Shown: positions 42,399 to 53,106 of the stretch, in pieces
Numbering within the stretch: the stretch's first letter is position 1
Layout of the letters: each line of letters begins with the position of its first letter
Source: an uncultured Thermoleophilia bacterium
GTDB taxonomy: Bacteria > Actinomycetota > Thermoleophilia > UBA2241
Length of the DNA: 64,000 bases
Reading direction: 5' to 3'
NCBI GenBank assembly: GCA_963790185.1
Contig: CAWBNR010000012.1
Location: 13,054 to 77,053, forward strand
Position numbers and translations under genes: made by a program
Notes under the pieces: model-generated
What the model saw: the letters and a program-made list of their open reading frames with translations, nothing else
Told to the model about the DNA's origin: nothing
The model's database searches: none

Positions 42399-43520
42399 GT
42401 GACGCATCCGGAGGCCGACGACGCGGTGACGCCGCGCGGCGGCGACACCGCGGAGGTCGCGCCGCCGCGCGTCGTCGCCTGGGAGGTCACCCGCAGCTGC
42501 AACCTCGCCTGCAGCCACTGCCGCGCCTCGGCCGAGCGCGGTCCGTACGAGGGCGAGCTGACGACCGCCGAGGCCTTCGAGCTCGTCGATCAGATCGCCT
42601 CGTTCGCGGACCCCATCCTGATCCTCACGGGCGGCGACCCGCTCATGCGCGACGACGTGTTCGACATCGCCGCTCGCGGCATCGAGAAGGGCCTGCGCGT
42701 CGTGATGTCGCCGAACGGCACCCTGGTCACGCCCGAGGTCGCGCGCCGCATGAAGGAGGTCGGGGTCGGGCGCATCAGCGTCTCGATCGACTTTCCGACG
42801 GCCGCGGAGCACGACGAGTTCCGCGGCGTCTCCGGCGCCTTCGACGGCGCCGTGCGCGGTATCCGCAACGCGCTCGCCGCCGGTGTCGAAGTGCAGGTCA
42901 ACTCGACGATCACCAAGCTCAACGCGCACCATCTGCCGGCGCTGCTCGCCCTCAGCGAGGAGCTCGGCGCCGTCAGCTTCCATCCCTTCATGCTGGTGCC
43001 GACCGGCCGCGGCAAGGAGCTCGAGGAGCAGGAGCTCCCGCCCGAGGAGTACGAGCGCGCCCTCGAGTGGATGTTCGACGCGCAGCAGACGTCGGCGCTC
43101 TTCCTCAAGCCGACCGACGTGCCGCACTACTGGCGCGTCATGCGGCAGCGGGCGAAGGCGACGGGCAAGAAGATCGAGGTGCACCCGCACAGCCACGGTG
43201 GCCTGCACACGCTCACCCGCGGCTGCCTCGCCGGGCTCGGGTTCTGCTTCATCTCGCACCGCGGCGAGGTGCAGCCCTGCGGCTACTTCGACAAGGTGGC
43301 GGGCGACGTGCGCCAGACGTCGTTCCTCGAGATCTGGCGCACGTCGCCGCTCTTCATCGAGCTGCGCGACTTCGACCGGCTCAAGGGCAAGTGCGGCGTC
43401 TGCGAGTTCAAGAGGGTCTGCGGCGGCTGCCGCGCTCGCGCCTACGAGGCCACCGGCGACTACATGGCCGAGGAGCCCTACTGTGCCTACGTGCCGAAGG
43501 GCTGGTGTCCTCCGGAGTGA
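42399..43520 (+). CDS. ahbD: Radical SAM/SPASM heme biosynthesis protein, AhbD (or AhbC)-like
   Basis: AWEVTRSCNLACSHCRA (CX3CX2C), SPASM CLAG...CGVC...CGGCRARAY; follows hemB. Confidence 0.75.
   Translation: MTHPEADDAVTPRGGDTAEVAPPRVVAWEVTRSCNLACSHCRASAERGPYEGELTTAEAFELVDQIASFADPILILTGGDPLMRDDVFDIAARGIEKGLRVVMSPNGTLVTPEVARRMKEVGVGRISVSIDFPTAAEHDEFRGVSGAFDGAVRGIRNALAAGVEVQVNSTITKLNAHHLPALLALSEELGAVSFHPFMLVPTGRGKELEEQELPPEEYERALEWMFDAQQTSALFLKPTDVPHYWRVMRQRAKATGKKIEVHPHSHGGLHTLTRGCLAGLGFCFISHRGEVQPCGYFDKVAGDVRQTSFLEIWRTSPLFIELRDFDRLKGKCGVCEFKRVCGGCRARAYEATGDYMAEEPYCAYVPKGWCPPE
43412..43515 (+). repeat. Left copy of a ~104-bp direct repeat (3' end of the ahbD-like gene)
   Basis: Aligns to 53714-53818 with 8 substitutions and 1 indel. 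Confidence 0.93.
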
Positions 43521-43581
43521 TGGCAGCCGGGTCCGATGTCGGCCCCTTCCGACCGCCGCCGATCGCGCCGTCGGCTCGGCT

Positions 43582-44989
43582 TTATCCTCTCGGCGGCAGA
43601 GTCACTCGGCACGACGTGCCCCCGCCAGGGTGGGCGGCCAGCCGGATGGTCCCACCGTGCGCGCCGGCGATCTCCTGTGCGACGGCGAGTCCGAGACCGG
43701 TCCCTTCCGAGGACCGAGAGGAGTCGCCGCGATAGAAGCGCTCGAAGACGTGCGGAAGGTCGACGTCCGCGATGCCCCGCCCAGTGTCGACCACCTCGAT
43801 CTCGATCGCGTCCGCCCTGCGCGACGCCGTGACCGTCACTGCTCCGGCGTCCGTGTACTTGATGGCGTTGTCGACGAGGTTGACGAGGAGCCGCACGAGG
43901 GCGTCGCCGTCGCCGTCCATCGCTAGACCGTCGTCGATCTCGCCGACGAGTTCCAGGCCGCGAGCCTGAGCGACGATGTCCAGGGACGCGACGACGTCGC
44001 GCAGCAGCTCGCTGAGGTCGACACGCTGAGGCGCCTCGAACCTGCCGGCGTCACCGCGCGCCAGCTCGAGCAGGTCGCTCGACGAGGGTGTTGAGGCGCT
44101 CGGTTTCGGCGTCGATGTCGTCGAGTGCCTGCTCGTACTCGTCGGCCCCGCGCGGCCGACCGCGCGTGACCGCGACGATCGCGCGCACCGCCGCGAGCGG
44201 TGTGCGCAGCTCGTGCGAGGCATCGGCCACGAAACGGCGCTCGACGTATCGAATGAGTCCTCGAGCCGGTCGAGCATGGCGTCGAAGGTCGCTGCGAGTC
44301 GACCTACCTCGTCGCCGCCGTGCAGCACCCCAAGGCGCTGTGAGAGGTCAGACGGCGAGATGGCTGCGGCCGTGCTCGTGATCCGTGCGAGTGGCCGCAG
44401 CATGCGTGCGATGAGCAGGTAGCCGAGCAGCGCCGCGACCGCGGCCGCCAGTGGCAGCAGCACAAGGAGCGTCAGGCGCAGCTGCTGCAGCGTGTCCACC
44501 AGCGGTTCCTCGCGACATGGCGACGCTGAACAGGGCAACGGTCGTGCCGTCTTCGCGGAGCGGTGTGGTCAGCACACGTGAGCGCGCGCCGGTGGTAGGG
44601 TCGATGCGGGTCTCGAAACACCTCGTCACCCCGCGCTTGTCGCAGCCAAGGTCGCTGAGGTAGGGGGAGATTGCTCGTACGTCCCGGACTGCCGGAGCGT
44701 GGCTCCGCTGGGCGAGAACACGACGAGGCTCAGTCCGGGTACGCTGGAGGTCGTCGGCAGTCGGCTTCCTCGTCAAGCCGCGGGCCCAGCGTACGAAGTG
44801 CCCGTTCTGGACGTTGGCACCGGCCATCGCCTGCGCCGTTGCGGTACGCAGCGAGTCGTCCAGAGCGGCGACCAATCAGGCGCTGCGCGTGCCGTAGTAG
44901 ACGACGAGCCCGACGACGGCGAGCACGATGAGGACCAGTATCGCGATGCCGAGTGACAGGCGGGCGCGCAGGCTCCTAGGTCGCAGCAT
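43582..44989 (-). CDS. HAMP sensor histidine kinase (frameshifted)
   Basis: Start MLRPRSLRARL; FVADASHELRTPL; RLLVNLVDNAIKY; GTGLGLAVA. Confidence 0.85.
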
Positions 44990-45669
44990 CGTCCTGCTCC
45001 GCCGAGAGTCGGTAGCCGGCGCCGCGCACCGTGTGGATCAGCTTGACCGCGGCGCCGTCGTCGAGCTTGCGGCGCAGGTTGCGGATGTAGACGTCGACGA
45101 CGTTCGAGTGGTTGAAGACGTCGTAGTTCCAGACGTGCTCGGCGATCTGTGTGCGCGTGAGCACTCGCTCGGGCTCGCGCATGAGGCACTCGAGCACCGC
45201 CATCTCCTTGGCCGTGAGCCCGATCCGGCCGCCCGCCGCGCTCCACGCGGTGGGTGAGCGTGTCGAGGCTGAGGTCGGCGATCTGCAGCACGCTCGTTCG
45301 AGGCTGGTCGTCGGCCCGCCGAGTGAGCGCGCGCAGCCGCGCCAGCAGCTCCTTGAGCGCGAACGGCTTGACGAGGTAGTCGTCGGCGCCAGCGTCGAGG
45401 CCGGCGACGCGATCGTCGACGCCGTCGCGGGCGGTGAGCATGAGGATCGGTGTCTTGACGCCGCGAGCACGGAGCTGCCGACACACCGTGAGCCCGTCGA
45501 GTCCGGGCAGCAACAGGTCGAGGACGATGACGTCGAAGGGCACGCCGCTGGCCCACTCGAGAGCCTCACGGCCGTCGTGCGCCACGTCGACCGCGTAGCC
45601 CTCCTCCTCGAGGCCGCGCTTCACGTAGGCGGCGATGCGCCGCTCGTCTTCGACGATGAGGACGTGCAT
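44976..45669 (-). CDS. OmpR-family response regulator (frameshift near 45.23 kb)
   Basis: MHVLIVEDE, VLDLLLPG, GADDYLVKPF, LTAKEMAVL, VVDVYIRNLRRKL. Confidence 0.9.
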
Positions 45670-45715
45670 GCACCACCTCTGGTCGTTTGCCGGTACATCC
45701 AGTGTACGCGGGCGA

Positions 45716-45744
45716 CATGAAATCCACATGAAAGCCAGATGAAG
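45716..45744. promoter_or_regulatory. Triple 11-bp-periodic box upstream of the response regulator
   Basis: CATGAAA (45716), CATGAAA (45727), GATGAAG (45738). Confidence 0.65.
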
Positions 45745-45783
45745 AAGGAGGCGGGGGCGGCTGTGCGCCCCCTCCGCCGGCCG

Positions 45784-46617
45784 TCAGGTGCCCGTGCCGC
45801 TATGGGAATCTGCGGCTGGGCGCGGCGCCGTCAGGGAGCCGGCATTGACGTCGGCCCGAGACGATTCCACCGCCGGGCTCCTTGCGGCGGCCACCTCTTG
45901 CCCGGCGGGGTCGGCCTTCTCGTCGGCACCCTGCTCGTGGTCGTTGGTGTCGGGCGGGCCGGCGGTCGCCGCGACGACCAGCGCGACCGACGCGGTGGCG
46001 ACGAGCCAACCGGCGAGCAGGTCCGACGGGTAGTGCACGCCCAAGTAGGTGCGGCTGAAGGAGACGAGCAGCACGAGCGGAGCCCCGCAGGCGACAGCGG
46101 CCCAGCGCGCGCGTGTGTGCCACAGGACGAGGCACAGGACAATGGCGAGGGCCGCGGTGACGGTAGCATGACCGCTGGGGAAGGAGGCGCTCGTCTCGTG
46201 CACGAGTGGAGCGAAGACGTGGGGTCGCGGCCGGCCGAAGAGCAGCTTCAACGTCACCTCCAGCGCCCCCGCACCGGCGACGGCCAGGACGACGGACAGG
46301 GAGGTACGAGGCCGCCGGAACAGCAGCAGCGCCGCTGCCGCCGGCATGGTCAGCAGCGCGATCGAGAACCACGAACCGAGCTGTGTGACGGCGCGCATCA
46401 CGGCATCCTGGGTATCACCGTGCAGCCGTTCCACGGCCCGCAGCGCGGCGATGTCCCAGCCGCTCAGGCCCAGCCGAAAGACGAGGACGCTGAGGAGCGT
46501 GAACGCCCCGAGGGCGACTGCCCAGACAAGTACGGCCCGGAAGCGGACGCCCAACTCAGGCGCCGTCGGCTGCTCAGCCACACGACCACGTGCCGAGCAC
46601 ATGCATTGGATCTCCAT
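45784..46617 (-). CDS. PAP2-family phosphatase (undecaprenyl-PP phosphatase-like)
   Basis: KLLFGRPRP, SFPSGH, SRTYLGVHYPSDLLAG; start uncertain. Confidence 0.88.
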   Translation of the reverse strand: MEIQCMCSARGRVAEQPTAPELGVRFRAVLVWAVALGAFTLLSVLVFRLGLSGWDIAALRAVERLHGDTQDAVMRAVTQLGSWFSIALLTMPAAAALLLFRRPRTSLSVVLAVAGAGALEVTLKLLFGRPRPHVFAPLVHETSASFPSGHATVTAALAIVLCLVLWHTRARWAAVACGAPLVLLVSFSRTYLGVHYPSDLLAGWLVATASVALVVAATAGPPDTNDHEQGADEKADPAGQEVAAARSPAVESSRADVNAGSLTAPRPAADSHSGTGT

Positions 46618-47154
46618 CGACCGGCGAGCGTTTCTCGTTCCTGGATGCGCGACGAGCACGACAGGTTTGGGCCAGCGACAGGACGATGATGCCGATGACC
46701 AGGTACTCGAGGTTCTGCGCGATGAAGGGGATCGCGCCGAAGAGGTAGCCGGCCGCAAGGAGCACCGAGACCCAGGCCAGCGCGCCGGCAACGTCGAAGA
46801 GCGTGAAGCGGCCCCGGTCCATGCGCGAGATCCCCGCGACGAACGGCGCGAACGTCCTCACGAACGGGACGAAGCGAGCCAGCGAGACGGCCTTGCCGCC
46901 GTGCCTGGCGAAGAGCGTGTCGGTCTGGGTGACATGCCCGGGCTTGATGACCCGGGAGAAGCGGCCGTCATCCAGGACGCGGCGGCCCCATCCTCGACCG
47001 ACAGAGTAGTTGGCGGCGTCACCACCACAGCCGTCTCCATGAAGATGGCGAGAAAGAGCAGGGCGTAGATCCGCGCACCGTAGGTGATGGCCCATTCTCC
47101 GAGAACGACGTCCGGGTGGAGTATGAAGTCGATGAGCGACGTGACGGGGCTCAC
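46574..47154 (-). pseudogene. dedA: DedA/VTT family protein with an internal deletion and frameshift
   Basis: [15 protein letters not shown] joins directly to [10 protein letters not shown]; later [17 protein letters not shown]; the PGDSLL segment is missing. Confidence 0.75.
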
Positions 47155-47198
47155 GCGATCTCCTCGTGGTGACCTGCCGTCTGAACCTGGCGGTGGAA

Positions 47199-47227
47199 CA
47201 TGAAAGCGGCATGAGACTGTGATGAAG
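47199..47227. promoter_or_regulatory. Triple 11-bp-periodic box upstream of dedA
   Basis: CATGAAA (47199), CATGAGA (47210), GATGAAG (47221); matches 45716-45744. Confidence 0.65.
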
Positions 47228-47258
47228 GGGCGCGGGCGGGGGCTGCCCGCGCCCCTTC
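47224..47258 (-). terminator. GC-rich hairpin terminator after the lipoprotein gene
   Basis: Perfect 14-bp stem GAAGGGGCGCGGGC/GCCCGCGCCCCTTC with a 7-nt loop. Confidence 0.65.
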
Positions 47259-47276
47259 GCGTTCCGGGGAGGGGGG

Positions 47277-47861
47277 CTACTCCCCGGCCGCCTCGCCGGT
47301 CCCGGCGTCCTTGGCTACCGTGGCCGTCGCCGGCTGGAAGCCGGGGGCGCTCACCTGGACGTCGAAGACCACCTCGTTCTGCGAGGTGCGATACAGGCTG
47401 TATTGGTTCTCGGGGTAGTGTCCTGCTCCGCTGCCGCCATCGAAGTAGACCGTCTTCGTCTCCCCGGGCGCCAGCGTGAGGCCGGTCAGTTTCTGGTAGT
47501 AGCCTTCAGTCTCCTTCGTCTTCGAGTCGGCCATCTGATAGAAGATCTCGAGGTCACTCATCGTCTCCGTGCCGGCGTTCGTGAGGTCTATCTGCAGCTG
47601 GTCCGGCAGGGCCTGTTGAGTAGCGGAATCGACGTTGTTCTCCACCATGATCGACGTGACCTCCAGCCCGGCCTTGGTCGCGGTGTTGACGATGGGGTTG
47701 CTGTCGACGGGGAGGACCTGTTCGGAACTCCGGGTAGCGGCGGCGCTCGGTGAGGCGTTGCCCGACGAGGCGGTGTTCGAACTGGAACAGCCACCCAGTG
47801 CGATGGTGCCGATGATCGCCGCCACGATGCCGATGAACCCGACGACTTGCCTAGCCTTCAT
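47277..47861 (-). CDS. Hypothetical lipoprotein (beta-rich)
   Basis: [25 protein letters not shown] lipobox; last gene of the ABC operon. Confidence 0.75.
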   Translation of the reverse strand: MKARQVVGFIGIVAAIIGTIALGGCSSSNTASSGNASPSAAATRSSEQVLPVDSNPIVNTATKAGLEVTSIMVENNVDSATQQALPDQLQIDLTNAGTETMSDLEIFYQMADSKTKETEGYYQKLTGLTLAPGETKTVYFDGGSGAGHYPENQYSLYRTSQNEVVFDVQVSAPGFQPATATVAKDAGTGEAAGE

Positions 47862-47862
47862 G

Positions 47863-48831
47863 TCATGCCTTTCGTAGGAGCTTGCGTTTGTTGGTCTGAG
47901 TGACCGCCAGGCCGACGGCGACCAGAGCGCCGCAGATGAGCCAGACGACATTGGTCCACATGCCCTTGCTGATGTAGCTGAGGGATCGCTGGTTGTACTT
48001 GTCCTTCACGCCGAGATAGGCGAAGCTGACGCGCTCGTAGCGCTTGCTTATCGAGGATGTTTCCAGCAGGTTGCGGGTCCGCTCGTAGCCTGCGAAGTGC
48101 GCCATGACCGCCTTCTCGTGTGGTTTGTCGACCTGCAGGCTGTTGAAGAGCCCACCCGGCACCTGGTTGTCCGGGTCCATCGTGTCGCCGATCTGAGGGA
48201 CGATGAGGACGAAGCCGAGCCACAGGATCAGGCCCACCACGAGAGCTGTGCTGAGCTGTTTCGTGAAGCCTGCGAGGCCCATCGCGAGAGCACTCCACAG
48301 GAACAGGTAGACCCACGAGAAGCCGAGGGCGATGGCGAGCTTCGTGAGTTCGATGGATGAGAGACTCGCGCCGCCGACGAAGCGGATCGAGACGATCATG
48401 ACGACGCCCAGGGCCACGACGACCGACAGCCAGATGACGGCGAGGGCCAGCAGCTTGCCGGCTGCGATCGCAAAGTCGCTCACCGGACGGCTGAAGAGCA
48501 GCCGAAGCGTACCCCTGTTCTTCTCCTTCGCCGTCATGCCATAGCCGATCACGATGGCGACGATCGACCCGATGATCTCGAGGTACTCGATGGTGCCGCG
48601 CAGGAGCTGCAGCGGGAAGAAGAGAGGTGCTGTGGCGGCGCTCCCTCCGGCTTGCTTCAGAGCGTCGAGGTAGTGCTGGTAGTCGACCACTTTCGCGTGA
48701 TATGCGGACGCGGCGACGACGACCGAGAGGACGACGACGACGCTCAGTCCCGCGACGAGCAAAAGGATGAGCCGGCTGCGCAGTGCGTCGCGGAGCTCCT
48801 TGCGGAAGATGACCAAGGACGGCCTATTCAT
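47863..48831 (-). CDS. ABC-2 permease
   Basis: AKEKNRGTLRLLFSRPVSDFAIAAGKL motif; multi-TM. Confidence 0.85.
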   Translation of the reverse strand: MNRPSLVIFRKELRDALRSRLILLLVAGLSVVVVLSVVVAASAYHAKVVDYQHYLDALKQAGGSAATAPLFFPLQLLRGTIEYLEIIGSIVAIVIGYGMTAKEKNRGTLRLLFSRPVSDFAIAAGKLLALAVIWLSVVVALGVVMIVSIRFVGGASLSSIELTKLAIALGFSWVYLFLWSALAMGLAGFTKQLSTALVVGLILWLGFVLIVPQIGDTMDPDNQVPGGLFNSLQVDKPHEKAVMAHFAGYERTRNLLETSSISKRYERVSFAYLGVKDKYNQRSLSYISKGMWTNVVWLICGALVAVGLAVTQTNKRKLLRKA

Positions 48832-49729
48832 AGAGAGGCCTTCTCAGCGATGACCGGCTGACGAGGGCGAGCGCCGTGACACTCAGGGTGGCGATGACGA
48901 CCAGGGAGAGGAGGTCTCCGCCGATCGCTGAAGAACCGGCGTCCCGCAGGTGCAGGATCGCGCCGCTGGCGTGCTTGAAGTGCTCGGTGATCGACACGGG
49001 TTGCAGAGCCACCTGATTGACCTTGAAGAACAGGTCGGTAGTGGAGGCCGCCGAGGCCACGGGGTTGAGCAGGGCCGACGGGCTCTGCGCCGTGCCGAGT
49101 TGCGGGATGACGAACACCACCGTCACCCAGACGAGGATGGGTATCAGCAGCGCCGTCGACTCGTGGCGGCTTCTCGCTCCGGCGATGATGCCGAGGGCGG
49201 AGAACGACAGAAGGAAGAGCCAGGCCAGCGCGAAGAACTCAGCCAGCGAAGCCGTTTCCGACAGTGAGAGCGGTGTTCCCAGCACGACCCAGACGCTGAA
49301 CCAGCTGGCGAGCATGGCGGCGGCGAGAACGATGCCGATCCACGCGTGCACCCCGAGCAACTTGCTCAGCATGTAGGCACGCGTTCCCATCGGCCGCGAC
49401 AGGATCAGGTCGGTCACTCCGGCCTTGCGGTCGCGCACCGCCGAGCGCACGCCGACGACGGTCGCGAGCAGGGCGCCGATGAGGACGATGTAGATGATCG
49501 TGTTGCGCGTGATGTCGAGATGCGACACCCCGGCGAAGGGATTGGGCACGTTGCGACCCATCTGAATGACGGTCTGGTCGTACACGCTCATCACCGTGTG
49601 ATGAGTCGCCCAGCCGATCGAGCTGGAGACCAGTGCCATCCCGAGGAAGACGCCGAGCAGGGCCATGGCCAGCCGCTCTCGCGTCGCTGACCTTATCTCC
49701 TGCTTCGCGACCACGAAGATGTCGTTCAC
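48824..49729 (-). CDS. ABC-2 permease
   Basis: VRDRKAGVTDLILSRPMGTRAYMLSKL motif; multi-TM. Confidence 0.85.
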   Translation of the reverse strand: MNDIFVVAKQEIRSATRERLAMALLGVFLGMALVSSSIGWATHHTVMSVYDQTVIQMGRNVPNPFAGVSHLDITRNTIIYIVLIGALLATVVGVRSAVRDRKAGVTDLILSRPMGTRAYMLSKLLGVHAWIGIVLAAAMLASWFSVWVVLGTPLSLSETASLAEFFALAWLFLLSFSALGIIAGARSRHESTALLIPILVWVTVVFVIPQLGTAQSPSALLNPVASAASTTDLFFKVNQVALQPVSITEHFKHASGAILHLRDAGSSAIGGDLLSLVVIATLSVTALALVSRSSLRRPLYE

Positions 49730-50477
49730 GCGGCGTCCGTTTCGATCTGCAGGTAGATCTCCTCGAGAGAATCCTGCCCGGGGAAGGAGCCGAGCGTGCG
49801 CTCCAGCGAGTCGTGGTAGATCAGGCGCCCGGCTCTCAGGATCCCGATGCTCGTGCAGGTCTTGGTGACCTCGGCGAGCAGGTGCGTGTTCATGAAGATC
49901 GTCATGCCCAGCTCTCGGTTGAGGCGGATGATCGTGTCGCGCAGCATCTTGACACCGGTGGGGTCGAGACCAGAGGTCGGCTCGTCGAGGAAGAGCACCG
50001 ACGGCTCGTGGAGGATGGCCTGAGCGATGCCGACGCGTTGACGCATCCCCTTGCTGAAAGTCGATAGGCGCTCGTCGTCGTGACCCTCGAAGTCGAGGAA
50101 GCTCAGGACCTCGCTGATGCGGCCGGCCGGCTTTGCGATGCCGGACAGGCGGGCGAAGAAGGCGAGATTCTCCTTCAGGCTGAGGGCGTCGTAGAACTCG
50201 ACGTTCTCGGGCAGGTAGCCGATGGACCTGCGCACCTCGAGGCTGTCGCGAGCGACGTCGTGGCCGTTCACCTCGGCGCCACCGGCGGAAGGGTCGAGGA
50301 GTGTCGTCAGGATGCTCACGGTGGTGGTCTTGCCGGCTCCGTTGTGGCCGAGGAGGCCAAACACTTCGCCCTGCTTCACGTCGATGGTCAGGTCTGCCAG
50401 GGCGGGCTTGCCGTTGTACGTCTTGGTCAGGCCGCTGGTCTGGATCGCGGTCTCGTTCACAGGCGTGCAGTGGTCAT
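49726..50477 (-). CDS. ABC transporter ATP-binding protein (start at GTG 50460, or ATG 50477 with an indel)
   Basis: GHNGAGKTT, FSKGMRQR, LDEPT. Confidence 0.92.
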
Positions 50478-50546
50478 GATCAGGGTTTCCTCCCGGTCGA
50501 GTCGGCGTGGTGTCATCCCACTCCGGGGAAAAGACTAGACTGGAGA

Positions 50547-50564
50547 CCTGAAGAAGGCCTGAAA
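50547..50564. promoter_or_regulatory. 11-bp-periodic box between the divergent ABC and TCS operons
   Basis: CCTGAAG (50547), CCTGAAA (50558). Confidence 0.45.
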
Positions 50565-50688
50565 GAAGAGCCCAAGCATCCCGCGCGCCACTCGCGCGCG
50601 TGTACTCTGCGGGCCATGCGAGGATGCCGATCGGGCCTCCGGCGCTGCGCTTGAAGAGGTCATACGGCGGCGGCATACTGCGGGAGCC

Positions 50689-51357
50689 ATGAGCCGAGCG
50701 AGCATACTGATCCTCGAGGACGACCTTGAGATGAGATCCCTCCTCGTGCGTGGTTTGCGCGAGGAGGAGTACGAGGCGGAGGGCGTCGGGAGCGGCGCAC
50801 AGTTGCTCGACTGGGTGACGCGCGCCGTCCCCGACGCCTTCATCGTCGACATCGGTCTGCCGGATGCCGATGGGCGCGACGTCGTGCAGGCCCTCCGCGC
50901 CCACGGCATCCGGGCGCCGGTGCTGTTCCTCACGGCGAGGAGTGCTCTGCCCGACAGGCTGTCGGGCTTCAGCGCCGGTGGCGACGACTACCTCACCAAG
51001 CCGTTCGACTTCGCCGAGCTGGTGGCACGCTTGGGAGCGCTGCTGCGACGCGCCGGTCACGACGACGGCGTCATGGCCGGCGACCTGCGACTCGACCCGG
51101 CTTCGCATGCGGCGGAGTGCAGTGGCGTGACCGCCGACCTCACCCCCACGGAGTTCCGACTCCTCGCGCTTCTTGCGGCCGTGCCGGGCGAAGCGGTGCG
51201 TCGGCGCAGACTCGTTCAGGCGGCTTGGCCGCACGGCGCCATCGTGCACGACAACACCCTCGACGTGTACATCGCTCGCTTGCGTCGCAAACTCGCTGGA
51301 CTACCCAGGGCGCCGCGCATCCATACCGTGCACGGCGTCGGCTACTCGCTGCGATGA
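50689..51357 (+). CDS. OmpR-family response regulator (PrrA/MprA-like)
   Basis: ILILEDD, IVDIGLPD, GGDDYLTKPF, LTPTEFRLL, LDVYIARLRRKL. Confidence 0.93.
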   Translation: MSRASILILEDDLEMRSLLVRGLREEEYEAEGVGSGAQLLDWVTRAVPDAFIVDIGLPDADGRDVVQALRAHGIRAPVLFLTARSALPDRLSGFSAGGDDYLTKPFDFAELVARLGALLRRAGHDDGVMAGDLRLDPASHAAECSGVTADLTPTEFRLLALLAAVPGEAVRRRRLVQAAWPHGAIVHDNTLDVYIARLRRKLAGLPRAPRIHTVHGVGYSLR

Positions 51358-52718
51358 AGCAGCGCCTCGGTGTCCGAACGCGACTCTTGATCGTCGTCGT
51401 CATCTCGGTCAGCGTCGCCCTTGCCGTGACGATTGCCGGGTTCAACCTTCTCTTGGCGCGCAGCCTCTCCGGCGATGCCGACTCCATGGTGCGCGCCAGG
51501 GCCGAGGCCGAGGCGGCCGGCATCGACGTGACGGAAGACCGCGTGACGCTCCCCGATCAGCCTGACAACGGTGGGCTGGAGGGCCAGGCATGGGTCTTTC
51601 GGGGAGGTCGTGCGCTGGAGACTCCCAATGTGAGCGAGGTCCTTACCGATGCGGCGCAACGTGTAGCAGCGACCCCTGGGCAGCTGGTGGATGTTCCCGG
51701 TCTGCACACACGGTTGTACGCGATACCGGCGAGTGACGCTCCCGAGGTGGTAGTGGTCGCCGGCGTCTCTCTGACTCCCTACGAGCGTACGCAACGCACG
51801 GCGTTGATCGGCTCCTTCGTCCTCGCGGGGCTGCTCCTTCTGGTGGTTGTCTTGGTCGTCCGCTGGATGCTGCGCCAGGCGTTGCAGCCCGTTGCACGCA
51901 TGGCCACCGACGTCGACTCCTGGAGCGAACACGATCTCGACCGACGATTCGCGGTCGGCGAACCCTACGACGAACTCAGCCAGCTTGCCGCGACGCTCGA
52001 CGGGCTCCTTGACCGCATCTCCGCGAGTCTGCGTCGCGAGCAACGGTTCTCTGCCGAGATGTCGCACGAGCTGCGCACGCCCTTGGCCAAGGCGCGGGCC
52101 GAGGCGGAGCTGGCCCTGCGCCGTCCGCGCCCGTCAGATGAGTATCGAGCGGCTCTTGAGACGATCGTCCGCTTCACGCGACAGATGGACGCTGTCGTCG
52201 ATACGCTGGTAGCGGCCTCGCGACAAGAGAGCGGCCTTGCCCGGGGAACCTGTGGTGTGGGACTCGTCCTCGAGCAGACCGCGGAGTCGTGCGAGGGTCT
52301 GGCCGTTGCGCGCGGCCTGCGCATCGTCGTGGAGACTCCGGCCAGCCGACTCACCCTCGGTGTCGACAGCGACGTTGCAGCCGGGGTACTCAAGCCTCTG
52401 CTTGAGAACGCCTGCCGGTATGCGCATGCCGAGATCAAGCTCAGCGGGCGCCGCGACGGTACGTTCGTCGTCTTGCGCGTCGAAGACGATGGACCCGGAG
52501 TGCTCCCCAGCGAGGTCGAGCCCATCTTCGAGCCAGGTGTGCGCGGCAGCGCTGCCGCGGCGGACGCCCCGCGTCTGGAGGACGAGGTGACCGGCATGCC
52601 GGACGGGGCCGGTCTCGGGCTCGCGCTGGCTCGCCGCCTCGCGCGTGCTGCCGGCGGTGACGTCGTGGCGACGGGCGCCCCCAGCGGCGATTTCGCAGCA
52701 CGACTTCCGGCCGGCTGA
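51354..52718 (+). CDS. HAMP sensor histidine kinase
   Basis: Two TM, FSAEMSHELRTPL, LLENACRYA, VEDDGPG, GAGLGLALA. Confidence 0.92.
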   Translation: MKQRLGVRTRLLIVVVISVSVALAVTIAGFNLLLARSLSGDADSMVRARAEAEAAGIDVTEDRVTLPDQPDNGGLEGQAWVFRGGRALETPNVSEVLTDAAQRVAATPGQLVDVPGLHTRLYAIPASDAPEVVVVAGVSLTPYERTQRTALIGSFVLAGLLLLVVVLVVRWMLRQALQPVARMATDVDSWSEHDLDRRFAVGEPYDELSQLAATLDGLLDRISASLRREQRFSAEMSHELRTPLAKARAEAELALRRPRPSDEYRAALETIVRFTRQMDAVVDTLVAASRQESGLARGTCGVGLVLEQTAESCEGLAVARGLRIVVETPASRLTLGVDSDVAAGVLKPLLENACRYAHAEIKLSGRRDGTFVVLRVEDDGPGVLPSEVEPIFEPGVRGSAAAADAPRLEDEVTGMPDGAGLGLALARRLARAAGGDVVATGAPSGDFAARLPAG

Positions 52719-53106
52719 GTGCCCACGCTCGGAGTCGAGCGAATCCATCGCCGTGCACGGCGGTGTCGCAGGGTGCGAACAGGATTCAGGGCCACGAGAT
52801 CGCCGAGGCGGTTGGCGCGACGCTCGCCATGCCCTGGCGTATCCTGCGCCGACGCTTCCCGGGGCGACTTGGCCCACGACGACCGAAGGCGCCTCCATCG
52901 CTGCCGCGCCGAGCGTGCCCGACCGGGTGACGGTGTTGGCGTCGGGTCCAGACTCACGCTCGAGAGTACGCGATCTCTTCGCGTCCTCACGCTCGCTCCG
53001 CGAGCCTAGGTTACGAGTGTCTCGGCGTGAAGCTGTTGCGACGCGGGCCGGCTCGAAGCCGGCCCGCGTCGCGGAGACCGAAGGCACTTACGGGTGGGTC
53101 GGGTGC

